64,000 bases of DNA from Gnetum montanum. Lineage: Eukaryota; Plantae; Gnetophyta. A model generated the notes under the pieces. That model was not told the DNA's origin and made no database searches. It was given only the letters and a program-made list of their open reading frames with translations. Shown here in pieces: positions 52,646 through 64,000 of the stretch (position 1 is the first letter of the stretch; each line of letters opens with the position of its first letter). The position numbers and the translations under genes were made by a program. Location: the NCBI GenBank assembly GCA_015680685.1, contig MNCI01001727.1:691211-755210 (forward strand), given 5' to 3'.

Positions 52646-55620
52646 ATGAAAATGTTTGCTTGCGAGCGAAAAAAGAAAATTATGGCTTTGTTCTTTGTAG
52701 TTGCTCAGTTTATGTTGAGTTATGCAGCGAGTACAGGAGCGGTTGACGAAGGTCAAATTCTTCTTCAACTGAAGAGCAAATGGAATGCTGGTGGAGTTCT
52801 GAATCAGTGGCCCGAAACCTCAATCATGGAGGATGGTGGCTATAGCCACTGCAATTGGACTGGAATTTCTTGTGACCCAGTCACCCATTCTGTGCTGTCG
52901 CTAGACGTCAGCAACAAAAGCATTGTTGCAGCAGAGATTCCATGGATTATTACTGAACTCAAGGCTCTACGGTATCTTGATCTGTCCAGCAATATGTTCG
53001 TTGGGAGCTTTCCCAGTCCTCTGCTTAACTGCACCAGTCTGCAAATCTTGAATTTGGCTTCCAATCGTCTTAGCGGGCCGTTGCCAGAGGAAATTAATCT
53101 GCTGCACCAGCTGAGATCTCTGGATTTGTCCAACAACAAATTTTCTAGGGAGATTCCTTCTGTGTTTGGCAGGCTTGCAAAAATGGAGTCCCTTCATCTA
53201 GAGGAAAACCAGCTGACTGCATCCAGTATTCCTGCTTCTCTGGGAAATCTAACTGCACTCAAGGAATTAGCATTGGCTTGGAATCCTTTTCTTCCGGAAC
53301 ATGGATCCCGGAAGAACTGGGGAATTTGCATCAGCTCAAGTTTTTATGGCTTACCAGTTGCAGTTTGGTCGGCCAAATCCCCAAATCATTGGCAAATATT
53401 ACCAGTTTAGAGCATTTGGATCTGGCCTGGAATCAGCTAACAGGCACAATCCCAGAAGAATTGACCAAGATTCGGAAAATGAGGCTTTTATACCTTTATG
53501 GTAACCACTTGTCCGGCTCAATTCCTGGCAATCTCAGCAACATGGGAGCTTAAGGGAACTGGATCTTTCTTCCAACAATCTTGAAGGTAGCCTTCAGGAT
53601 GGAATCGGAGAATTGGTGAGTCTAAAAATTCTTTTCCTGTACTGGAATAAACTATCTGGGCCTCTTCCGGCGAGCTTTGTAAATCTTTCACATCTTGAAG
53701 CTGTCAAGCTTTTTGGCGATATGTTTTCAGGAAGCCTGCCGCGCAATATGAGCAGGTGGGCCAAGTTAAAAGAATTTGACGTATCCAAAAACCAGTTTTC
53801 TGGTCCCCTTCCCAGCGGTAACCTGTGCAGCAGCAAAGCCCTGGTAGGATTTTATGCTTTCTCCAATAAGTTTACTGAAAGTCTGCCTGATTTTCTTGGC
53901 AACTGTTCAAGCCTTATCAGCATACACGCTTATGACAACCAATTAAGTGGTGAAGTCCCGAGTGGAGTATGGACTTTGCCATCTCTGTCTGAGCTATTGT
54001 TGAACCATAATCATTTACAGGGTTCCATTCCTGACCAGTTCCCACCCAACATAGGCTTTCTGAACCTGTCCATTAACAGTTTTAGTGGCCACCTTCGTAT
54101 TCGAGCTGCAGCAATTTATCAGGTCAAATCCCTGCTGAAATCACCAGTTTAACCAAGATTACTTCTCTGTCCCTTAGTGGCAACATGTTTTCAGGAAATC
54201 TGCCATCATATGTTACAGAATGGAAAAATCTTGCCTTTCTTGACTTTCCCGATAACGCTATTGTGGGTCTGGCAAAATACCTTCTCATATGGGACAGCTG
54301 AATCTGAACATTCTTGATCTCTCGTATAACCAACTTGAAGGACCAGTCCCTGCCAGCTTCAACAATTTGGCCTATAACAGGAGCTTTTTGGAAAATGCTG
54401 GACTGTGGAAAGCGACCACTGCCACTTCCTCCTTGTGCTCAGAACCCTAGTTCTGGCCTTCTTAAGCGGAGGATAATGCTCATCAGTGCAGCTATGATGT
54501 TATGTGCCTGTTTGTTTATTCTCAACATTTGCAGAGATAGAAGCATCACCAAACCAAACTCAAATGCAGAGTTTTGGGACTGGGATCTTGAACGCTTCTG
54601 CCCACTGGACTTTCTTGACCTGCACATGATGCGTGCTTTGACAAAGAGCAATATCATAGGCAGCGGCGCATCAGGTGAAGTTTACAGAGTCAGTCTTGGG
54701 GACGACAAAGTTGTGGCTGTTAAGGGAATCCAAAACAATGGAAAATCCCAACAAAATGCTGTGGCATCATCATCATCTTGCTGGAAGGAGATACTGTCAG
54801 AGTTGGAAATTTACAAGAAAATTAAGCATTCCAATATTGTGAAGCTTCTCTGCTGCATTTGGACTCCAGATTCAGTCCTTCTGGTGTATGAATTCATGCA
54901 GAATGGCAGCCTCCATGATCGCCTCCATGATCCTCAAGGTGGACACGGCTTGCCCTGGGATGCCCATTTAAAGATTGCTATTGGTGCTGCTCGAGCTCTG
55001 TCCTACCTTCACCATGATTGTTGTCCTGCAATTATTCAGAGAGAAGTGAAATCATCCAACATACTGCTGGACTCTGAGCTAAATTCATATATTGCTGATT
55101 TTGGATTGGCCAGAAGACTCCCACTGCAAGCTGAATCAGGAGATGGTCACAGATGTTGTGGGTTCTGTAGGCTATATTGCTCCAGGTAAGTTTAGTATAA
55201 TCATTAATCAATGAAGAAGCCGTGATATTGTGACGCTTTCATTCCTTTCTCCAGCCATGTTTGGTCCACTAATATTTTAGTTGTTACTTAAATGAATTTG
55301 CAGAGTATGCATACACAAGGAAGGTCAGTGAAAAGACTGACATATATAGCTTTGGGGTGGTGTTGCTAGAGCTTGTTAGTGGTAGAAAGCCATATGATAG
55401 TGAATTTAGGAGAGATGGAAGCATCGTGAAATGGGCACTTGAATCCAAAGACATTGGGGACGTGTTGGATTCACGACTGCTGGCAAACGAGGAAGTCAGA
55501 GATCAAATGATGCAAATGTTGAAGATGGGTCTGCTCTGTACAAGTGTAAACCCAAGGAAGAGGCCTTCAATGAAAGACGTGGTTGAGATGTTGCTTCTCT
55601 CAAATCATGGAGAACTCTGA
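52646..55620 (+). pseudogene. LRR receptor-like kinase pseudogene, HAESA/HSL (LRR-XI)-like; intron 55186-55303
   Basis: Signal peptide MALFFVVAQFMLSYAAS, LRRNT HCNWTGISC, plant LRRs, TM IMLISAAMMLCACLFILNI, kinase IIGSGASGEVY, VAVK, DFGLAR, GSVGYIAP|EY (GTAAG...TTGCAG intron), DIYSFGVVLLEL, RPSMKDVV. At least 6 frameshifts (~53297, 53550, 54095, 54267, 54407, 55140); catalytic HRD changed to QRE. Confidence 0.93.
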
Positions 55621-55999
55621 AGAGCACAATGCCCTCTGGAATTTACTCTTGGAAACACATCACCGTCGCATTATATAACCAACAATAGCCTTGTGCTTTC
55701 TAACATCTCTACAAACTTTCATTGTATAGTACCCGTGACCGTAGTTGTCTCTGTTTTTTTTCTCGAGTTTAAAACCATTTATCTTTAGAAAACCCCAATT
55801 GGTTAGTTGTTTATGGAAAGTGTGCATGCTTAGTTACGTGCATTGTATGTAGCAATTAAAAAGTGTTTGCAGAGATTGAACAAAATGCAGAAAAAACAAA
55901 GAAATAGTAAAACATAGAAGAAGTTACTAAGTATGAACTGCAAATAAAGTAAAAATAATAGACATTGGAAGTAGCATGATACACAACATTGTCACCCAG

Positions 56000-56440
56000 A
56001 TGTTGTAAAAAGTAACCAAGGGTTCCCACATTAGGGATGGATGTGGGTAAAAAAGCAAGTCTAGCAACAAAAATTTCGAATGACAACTTAGAACATTGGC
56101 ACTTTCAATAAAAAGACCTTTGAAATTATAAACATCATGAAAAGACAAAATTTGCATTGCCTACCTCCAAAAAACAAGATGGAAAGGTGAGAAAGCTAGA
56201 GATTTCGGCCAAAGTTTCAAACTCTTCAACTCAAGATAAGAAAATCACCGAAATGGAGTACGCATTATCGTTGATCAATTTATCAAATATAAAGTAGTAC
56301 AAGTATATTGTCATGGCAATCGAATTATGGGTATCAAACTTGTACTTGGAAATGAGATCATCAACGTCATCAACATATATCTCCACAAATTAGCCTAGAA
56401 AATTCAATTAATTAGGATTTTTGGGATTCCATGGATTAGG
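56000..56440 (+). mobile_element. RTE-clade LINE 5' part (AP endonuclease N-terminus)
   Basis: FRMTT*NIGTF...CIAYLQKTRWKGEKARDFGQSFKLF...RNGVRIIVD...GNRIMGIKLVLGNEIINVINIY...FWDSMD; interrupted at 56440. Confidence 0.85.
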
Positions 56441-57352
56441 TGTAGACCATTTTGGGATTCCACATAGAACCCCCATAATGTTTGTAACTCACCTTAATTT
56501 CCCATGATGATTGTAACTAACCATAAGCCACTATAAAAAGAGTTTCAAAGATAGAATGAAAAAAGAGGAAGATCAAGAAGAAGTATTAAAGATTACTTGT
56601 AAGAATGGCTTGCTAGTTGCATCATCAATTTTAGCTACTTTGTTTGAATCCTATGAGTTCTTTTCTTCTCATTTTGTCTTCATTGCTTAGCTAATGGTTT
56701 ATATAGTATAGTCCTTGGCATTTAATTTTGGGATTTTTTTTATTGCTCTTATAGCTCTATTTTGACACAATTCTATACTTCTATTTGGTTGTCATATAAG
56801 AGCTTATGTTGTCTTTCAAAAAGCATCTTGAGCAATTTAATAGTAATGTCTTTATGAAATTGCCTGTTTGAGTCTAGTGGGTCTAGAAAATCTTTGATAT
56901 TTTGAGTTGACTTGAAATAGCTTCAAATTTTAAAGTCTTTTTCTTGATGTTTCAATCTTGAAATTGTTAAATCTTTTCTAATGGCTATTTAGCTAGCCAA
57001 ATAATAGCTTGTATTTTGTCATTTATAAAGCATTTTGGTAGTTTAATAAGAGTGTCTTTTACGAAATTACTTATTGAGTTTAGAGGGTTTGGACAATTTG
57101 TAACACTTTAGATTGGACTAGAATAGCTTTATTTCAAAGTGTTTCCTCATGTTTAATTTATGTTGCTTAAATGTTTGAAATTTCACACAAATCTACTTTT
57201 CTTTCTTCTTCTCTTTTAACATCCATTAAATCTTTCTCTATTTATATTTTTCTTATGGATCTTTCTCTTTGAGAAAAACTAGAAGTATATTTCTGCAGAA
57301 TTGTGCTTAAGAATTTTGGTGAAATTTTATTTATTTCAAGCAACGTACTATA
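56441..57352 (+). mobile_element. Probable LTR remnant / solo LTR
   Basis: Starts TGTAGA exactly where the RTE frame breaks; CTATAAAAAG TATA at ~56531 followed by GA-rich then T-rich sequence; no matching TSD found. Confidence 0.45.
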
Positions 57353-57669
57353 GGGACTATATAGACTAAGTGACTTGACAAAATAGGAATCTTTAATGAC
57401 TCATGGTATTCAACAAGGTTAGCTAAATTTCTTTTATAAATAGCTAGTTATAGTTTCATACACAAAATCAACCATTTCAACATTCATAACAACCAACACA
57501 CATTTACAATTAGTTTGTCCTATTACCAATGAGTTTATTTGGACGTATCTAGGCCTTGGTGTTTCCAGAGACTAGCAAACACCTAAACTCAAGTTTAAAG
57601 GTGAAACACCACCAAATCCAAGCTCCCAAGTTTTGACTACAAATTTGTCTACAAAGTGTCAAAACTTGA

Positions 57670-58175
57670 CAAATTTTTTCTAGTGTTGAGACTACCTCCC
57701 ACTACTGGGACTATGCTCTAGAGCATAGTCAATGTAGTTGACACAAGCAGCCTAGATTTGCAAGATTTTTCTAAGTGTCAACAACAACTATAGAATTTTC
57801 TAAGTGTTGGAATATGCTCTTCCTACTAGGGCTACGCTCTAGAGTGTAGTCAGCATAGTTTGCATCCCAATGACCAGTTTTGCAGATTTGCCTAAGTGTC
57901 AAGCCAAAGGTTGTTAGGTTGGTTTGGGATGGAAGAAATAGTTTGGCAAATTTTCTAAATTTTGAGGCTATGCTCCCTACTACGCTTTAGGGCATAGTCA
58001 ATGTAGTCTATAAGAAGACATCAATTTTTGCCAATTCTTATGTGTTAAGGCTACGCTCTTACTATCGGGACTATACTCCAAAGTGTAGTCAACATAGTCT
58101 ACACTGAAACACATTTTTTGGCAAAATTTTTCTAACTATTGGACTATGCTCTAGAGCGTAGTCAATGTAGTCAAG
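57670..58175. repeat. Five dispersed copies of the 22-bp palindrome GACTATGCTCTAGAGCATAGTC within longer repeats
   Basis: Copies at 57709 (perfect), 57830, 57978, 58069, 58142, mostly preceded by TTTTCTAAGTGTTG-like blocks. Confidence 0.88.
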
Positions 58176-59769
58176 TAGAACTACCTTCAGAAGACTCCAG
58201 AACTTACCACGAGCCTTCATCTCAACTCCAACATTTCTTCGACAAGCAAGATCAACAATTTGCATTTCTTTTGCACCTCCCATTTGCCCCTGAATTGCAC
58301 CTACGCTCAACACTACTTGAGAGAGTGGATAGAATAGTCTCCAAATTTGCATTGTTTTTTATTACTTTTTGGTCTATTTGCACTCCCACATGTAGTCTTG
58401 GCAACATAGTCACAGTTTGGTGATCTCACAAGGTCCATTGGAGCACACTAGTACAAAACACCATTTGCTTCAGTGGGAGCATAGTTGGAGCTAGCATAGT
58501 TCCAACTACCCCTCTGCCACGTGGTGCCTGATTTGTGATTCATCCTAACCCTAGGCCTATAAATACCCCAGCATTCCATGCTTTAGGGGTTGGCAACTCT
58601 TGCATTCAACTAACATTTTAGCATTTAGCATCTGAGCACACTTGGCATTTTGGCAAACTTTGGGACAGCAATTGACACCATTGCACATCACTACAGTGCT
58701 ATAGTACACTACCCAGCACACCGTAGCCCACCGTATCATGCAAGACACTGCAACAGCCAACCTGGCAAGCTCAAACATCATGGCGAATGTTAGTTTGTGT
58801 AGCCTAGACACCTTGAGACTGTGACTACACTACCTACTATGCCTATCTATACACCATGTACCTCCTTATCTTCTCTTTGTAGTTAACTACACTCCCCTCC
58901 CCTACTTGCCCTGTTTGGGGTGGTGTTGCTTTCTCTCTCACTCACATCTTGCACATTTTCAGTTGCATTTTAGCATTCTACTCACATTTTTTTTTGTTTT
59001 TCCACATATTCACGCATTTGCACATCGAAAACCTTAACTATGCTCACCCCCATAGACATCATGGACGTTTCAAACACCATACAAACCTCTCACATTCATT
59101 CTTCATAATACCTTGTAAGTCCCAGTTCAATCAACAAGACCATTATGGGCACCCCACCACCATTTTCTAATAGGCCCTCACATAGACGTAGGGTCAACGT
59201 TGTACGACCATGGACCTCTCAGTGTATCATTCCAACCTCCAATGTTTTTGGTCATTATAGTTTTCTAGTGCTAGAAGGAGGGCCTCCACCATTTCCTTCT
59301 TTGGCCTCCCTTGATTATTGTCTTTTGTCTTATCTACACCCTTGTGTCGATTGTTCCCCATCGTCAGTTCCCCTAGAAACCTGCTTGACAACCACCAAAG
59401 CTTACATCAAACACTTTGCCAAATTCTAGGCGATTAGGAGAGCATAGTTGACTCACAACATAGTGAGCTACATTTTCATCCTTAACATGTTCTCTACATT
59501 TTCAGACTTAGCATTTTTTTTTATTTTTTTTTGCATCTCCATACTTGGCTTTTTTTCTTTTCTTTTCTTTTTTTTTTACATTTTCATACTTAGCATCTTT
59601 TATGCATTTTCATTCTTAGTCAAATTTTTGCAGTTTTACACTTAGTCAATTTTTTACATTTTTATACTTAGCCTTTTTTTTTTTGCTACTAGTAGACTTA
59701 GATAGTTTTCTGCATTTTTTAGAGTTAGCCATTTTTTGCAAATAGCAACTCTCCCATCTTGATCTTTGA

Positions 59770-62700
59770 ACATGAATCCAAGTCAACCTTCCACGTCGAT
59801 GTCTAACATAATTGACATCTTCACGATCCATCCAAAGCATGTTGTGCTCAGCCACAAATAATATAACTTTATTTGTGCCAAGCAGGATTACCTATGAATT
59901 GCCTTGACCTGGAGGCAAAACAAGACTATGAATGAGTCCACCAAGACAGATGAGAGTATAACCTTATCTTGTTCAATATAATCTCACTCATAAAGTCCTA
60001 CCACCAATTGCTATCCCAACTCATCTATGCAAACAAGCACGATGTAGCAACAACCTACGAGGAAGCCTCATAAGAGGAAGAAGATGAGTTTGAGGCCCGC
60101 TTCGAACGTGAGAGCCCTCTTTACACTATCTTTCAACAACCACTCCCTAGTATGACCCCTCCTTTCTTCGGTTCATCCATCCTCTTTGAGATGGTGACCA
60201 TGCTTGTTGAACCTTTTTTGCAAGCAACCATTGCATCTACCCAACCCTACATTCACGCAGGGGCCACCTCCTAGCCCTAAACAATTTAGGCATCCTACAT
60301 CCCACTTGTTTTATTGGTGCCCTCGACATGAATTCAACCCACGCATGTGTGGCCTACCTCAATCACTGCGTCTATTGCTTAGCTAATGCATCAATTACAT
60401 TCATCTACTACAACATTAAACTAGAAACAACTATTCACTATGATGTTAAACCGGCATACTCTACAACCAAAAATCTAGTCCTTCACCATGCAACCAACAC
60501 AAGCCTAGCCAATGCAACCAATTGGCACACCTTCAAGCTTGGATTAGGCTTTCTAGCTCATCCAAAGTTTGATGGAGGAGATCAACTAGCTCAAGGCCAC
60601 CTCCTCCAAAACCATCAAGGTGGTGGACTTTTACTAGGATGACCCCATAAGTCCTACGATACCACCCCTAACTCTTCCAACTGGGGTTTCACTACCTCAA
60701 CTCACCAAGTACAATGGTGAAGGTGATCCCAACATGCACTTGGTCACATTCAGGTCTAAGTGCTTGCTTTTGCAAGCATGGCTAGATGCCATCATGCGTG
60801 TCTTCCCCATGTCTAAGGCCTAAGACTAGTACTATTTGTTACCTAGGACCTTAATCTCTTCCCTGGAGGATCTCTTCAACCAATTTGTGACATGCTTCAA
60901 GTACAACCTGAAACCTGAAGCAACTCTTGACCAGCTCATGTAGGTTAAGCAAGAGCCTCTAGAGGCCATGGCCAAATTCATCTAATGATGGAGCACCACC
61001 TTGTAAGAAATCTATGAGATATTGGCAAAGACTCACTTGTTGGCCATTTTCAAGGGTGCAGTCAATGACTTCATCAAGTCAAAACTATACCACCTAGTCC
61101 TAAAGTCTCTCAGCCAAGCCTTTTCCCAAACAAAGGGCATAGAGGAGGCAATGCAAGCAAGGAACAACCTAGCCTACGTGGCCTATAGAAACCAACACAT
61201 GTGCAAGAAAAACACAATAATGGCAATAGTAGCCACACCTACAAAAGCAACCAACCAAGGCCCAAAGGCTAAGCAGCCCAAGGCCTTGACACACAAAGTT
61301 GCCAACTCTAGTACCAACTCACCCACATCACCAGGGGCCACAACACAAGCCACTACAAGGCCCCACTTTGAGCATAACGATTACTCAAAGTACACCCCAT
61401 TACCAATGAAACCCTTAGAGATGCTAGATCAACTCTTGAAAGCTAGGTAAATCCAATACAAACAAGTATTGGAAACTACCTACCAATGACATGATAAGTA
61501 CTGTGAACTCCTAAGGAACCTCACCTCAACAATACCAAGTAAGCTTCCAATCCCACAACATTTCCAATTGGACCAATACTGTCATCACCATTAGATATTT
61601 GGTCACAATACAAAAAATTGTCGGGCTCTGTAAAATAATTTGCAAAGAATAATAGAATGGGACCAATTGATGCTCGATGCAGTAAGTGAATCCAATGCAT
61701 ACAATGCCCCCTACATCATAAACTCCATCAGTGTAAGAGGCAACTCTAAACCTGTGCAATAAACTTTTATGATCTGAGTGCCTCCCAGCAAGGCAAAGAT
61801 CCCCTCAGCTTCCACAAGTAAGAGGCGTCCCTTTGTGGTCAAAGTGCCACCTCAGGCACCCATAACACCCTTCTTGGTTAGGGTCCCGAAGCCACCATCT
61901 GCTATGATGTTAACCTAGCAAAACATAGTAACAACAATTGCTAAATAACCCTTCATCATCAAGGTGCCACAACATGTTGGCCCCTCATCTACCTGAAGCC
62001 AGATAGTAGGTAACATGTCAGTCTCTTCTCCTTCAAGGGCTACCCCCACTGGGAACCCTAGTAGGCCTACCAAATGGCAATGCAAGAGCCTGAATGAGCA
62101 TCTTGTAATCTCCATGGCCAAAGTAAGGGCCACAACCAGCAAGTTGCAGCTGAACATTAGGACATCTACCCCTAAGTAGGCCAAACAATCCAAAAGCAAG
62201 TCCTTTCTATAAGAGGTCTATCTCTCAAGCTACATAGAGGAGGTCAAGGCCAACACAATGACCAACAACAAGGACTTTGTAGCTGCACTAACCTAGGTGA
62301 AACAAACGCTCAAGCAAAAGAACACAACATTGAGCTTGTATAACTTGGTCATGACCTCATCTACACACCACCAAGCACTAGCCCAGATGTTGGCCTCCAT
62401 TCCTATTATGGAGGACCTCCCTACAAATGAGAACATCATTTGTGTAGTGATCTTGCCTCCTACACCACCTGAATCAGGTCTAACATCCTTAGCCTTTCAC
62501 GATGATGTAGTCAAGGTTAACCCCGAATGAGGGAAGGTCACAATAGCTCTATTGTCAATTAGCATATGCATTGGGTAGTGCACCATTCGTAGGTTGCATG
62601 TTGATGACAATGCAGCAATAAATGTAGTTCTATACTTCATCATTGACAAACTAGGCCTAGCAGATGAGATTGGGCCAACCAAAACCGTATGTCAAAATCC

Positions 62701-63150
62701 TTCAATGGATCATGCATCACTATTAGGGGCACAATTAACTTAGCCTTCGTGGCAAGTGAGTAGGTCTCTCTCCCCCCCCCCCCTCTCTATAGATTTCACT
62801 ATCATAGAGCGGATGCCAAGCTTCAACCTGATCTTAGGAAGGCCTTGGCTAGCTTAACTATGAGTTGTCTCCTCTCCCATCCATCAAGAGATCCATCTCC
62901 CATGCAAAGCTGGTTAAGTTATCATCTACAGTCAACTATCCACAACATAGACATGGGACAAGTGTCAAAGGTGGAGCTTCTTGGTGGCATACCTATGGCA
63001 ACAAATGCAATGCCTAAGGCTAACACACCCAAGCGAGTAGTTGAAGCCAATAACCTCCCAGAGGATCCCAAGCCCTATGCACCTCCTAATTCACACTTAG
63101 TTAGGAAGCAAATACATGACCAAGACACTCCATTGTCCAAAGATGTGCTA
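59770..63150 (+). pseudogene. Tat-C gag-protease pseudogene
   Basis: ORFs 61022-61450, 62297-62530 and 62845-63240 align with Tat-B ORFs 37125-37469 and 35699-36112; many stops. Confidence 0.85.
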
Positions 63151-63371
63151 GGTGCTCGCCTTCCCCTTACCTCCACATGTCATGCATTTTTGGTTTTCGC
63201 TTGCATTACCTTTGCATTTACATTTAGCCAATTTGCTTAGCTTATGCATCCTTCCATTTTGTTTACACATTTTTACTTTGTTTGTTTATGCATTTCTCCA
63301 CTTAGCTTACACATGGCATTCAAAAACATCAAAATCATAAAAATGAAAAAAATCATAAAACTACAAAAACA

Positions 63372-63760
63372 TGTGGCCTGAAATGGCCTTAAACTAGTAT
63401 CATGGCTCGAAATGGCTTTAAACTAGCAATATCGTATGGCTTGGAATGACCTTAAACTATCATCCTAGACATGGCCTAAAAAGGCCTTAAACTAGTGTAC
63501 AGCTTGCCATGGCCTTAAATTGGCAACATGTGGCCCGAAATGCCCTTAAACTAGCACCCACATCCTGGAATGGCCTTAAACTACCATTGTGGCCTACCAT
63601 GGCCTTAAACTGGCACTTGCTACTGACCATGGCCTTAAACTAGTAGCGCATGGCATGGAACGACCTTAAACTATCACCCAATGCATAGCCTGAAATGGCC
63701 TTAAACTAGTAATGGCCCAAAACTAGCAAAACACATGGCCCAAAATGGTCTAAAACTATT
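63372..63760. repeat. ~30-bp degenerate tandem array with conserved core ATGGCCTTAAACTAG
   Basis: About 13 cores separated by short variable linkers, often TGGCCYGAA-like. Confidence 0.9.
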
Positions 63761-63777
63761 GCCTTTCACATTGCTTT

Positions 63778-64000
63778 TGATGAGTGGCGAGGTACCCCTA
63801 CACTCCACCATATGAAACAAGCGTACACGCACGATCCGGTCGAACTCCGCAGACTAAATGCCTTAACGCCACAAGAAACACTTGGGGTTAATCGTTCGTT
63901 GTCTTCCCAGGCTTGCTTGTAAGTGTCACGGTGTATGGTTAAGCAAGTCCGAGGTATGTGATTTTTTTGGTATTTTTGGCTTATCTTCTATGCTACCAGG
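63778..64000 (-). mobile_element. 3' end of a younger Athila-family LTR inserted in Tat-C
   Basis: TGATGAGTGGCGAGGTACCCCTACACTCCACCATA resembles the reverse complement of the Athila-1 LTR end (TGATGAGCATTAAGTAGTCCCTACACCTAACCATA); CpGs retained. Confidence 0.7.

Larger units (their letters stand above)
57400..63777 (+). mobile_element. Tat/Ogre-type element (Tat-C), 5' part: LTR/5' UTR, gag-protease, post-protease non-coding region
   Basis: TATA CCTATAAATA at 58556; gag LTKYNGEGDPNMHL, ORF 61022; protease LHVDDNAAINVV ~62595 and NLILGRPWL ~62825; co-linear with Tat-B gag-pro. LTR boundaries unresolved. Confidence 0.8.

Noticed and set aside
56436-57357. Solo LTR with defined TSD
   Set aside because: The flanking 5-mers (TTAGG versus GGGAC/TAGGG) do not match, so the right boundary is left uncertain.
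63372-63760. CRISPR-like repeat/spacer appearance
   Set aside because: The core is only ~15 bp, the linkers are short and related to each other, there are no cas genes and the context is a plant retrotransposon.

Overview
Eukaryotic, AT-rich, strongly CpG-depleted land-plant DNA (gymnosperm- or fern-like; taxon is an inference). About 85% is nested, decayed retrotransposons and no intact protein-coding gene is present. From left to right: (1) a degenerate minus-strand accessory ORF and a 45-bp hairpin array (1-3400); (2) a plus-strand Tat/Ogre-type Ty3/gypsy pol ('Tat-A', ~4330-20939) interrupted by a 13-kb Athila element (5807-18842); (3) a minus-strand Tat/Ogre element ('Tat-B', 20940-38250) whose gag-protease and RT-RH-aRH-INT halves are separated by ~8.3 kb holding tandem arrays and an antisense, multi-exon, PMD-like gene; (4) an internally deleted Athila (38260-41714) inserted in an L1 ORF1 remnant, plus RTE/SINE remnants; (5) a complete non-autonomous LTR element with TSD (45483-52008) just upstream of a frameshifted HAESA/HSL-like LRR-RLK pseudogene (52646-55620); (6) an RTE fragment, a third Tat gag-pro ('Tat-C') and the end of a younger Athila LTR. 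The best candidate for an undescribed system is Tat-B: a split gag-pro/pol with an antisense intron-containing PMD-like gene, and a palindromic motif shared by its LTR promoter and an internal array. All translations and alignments were done by eye, so domain calls need HMM confirmation.
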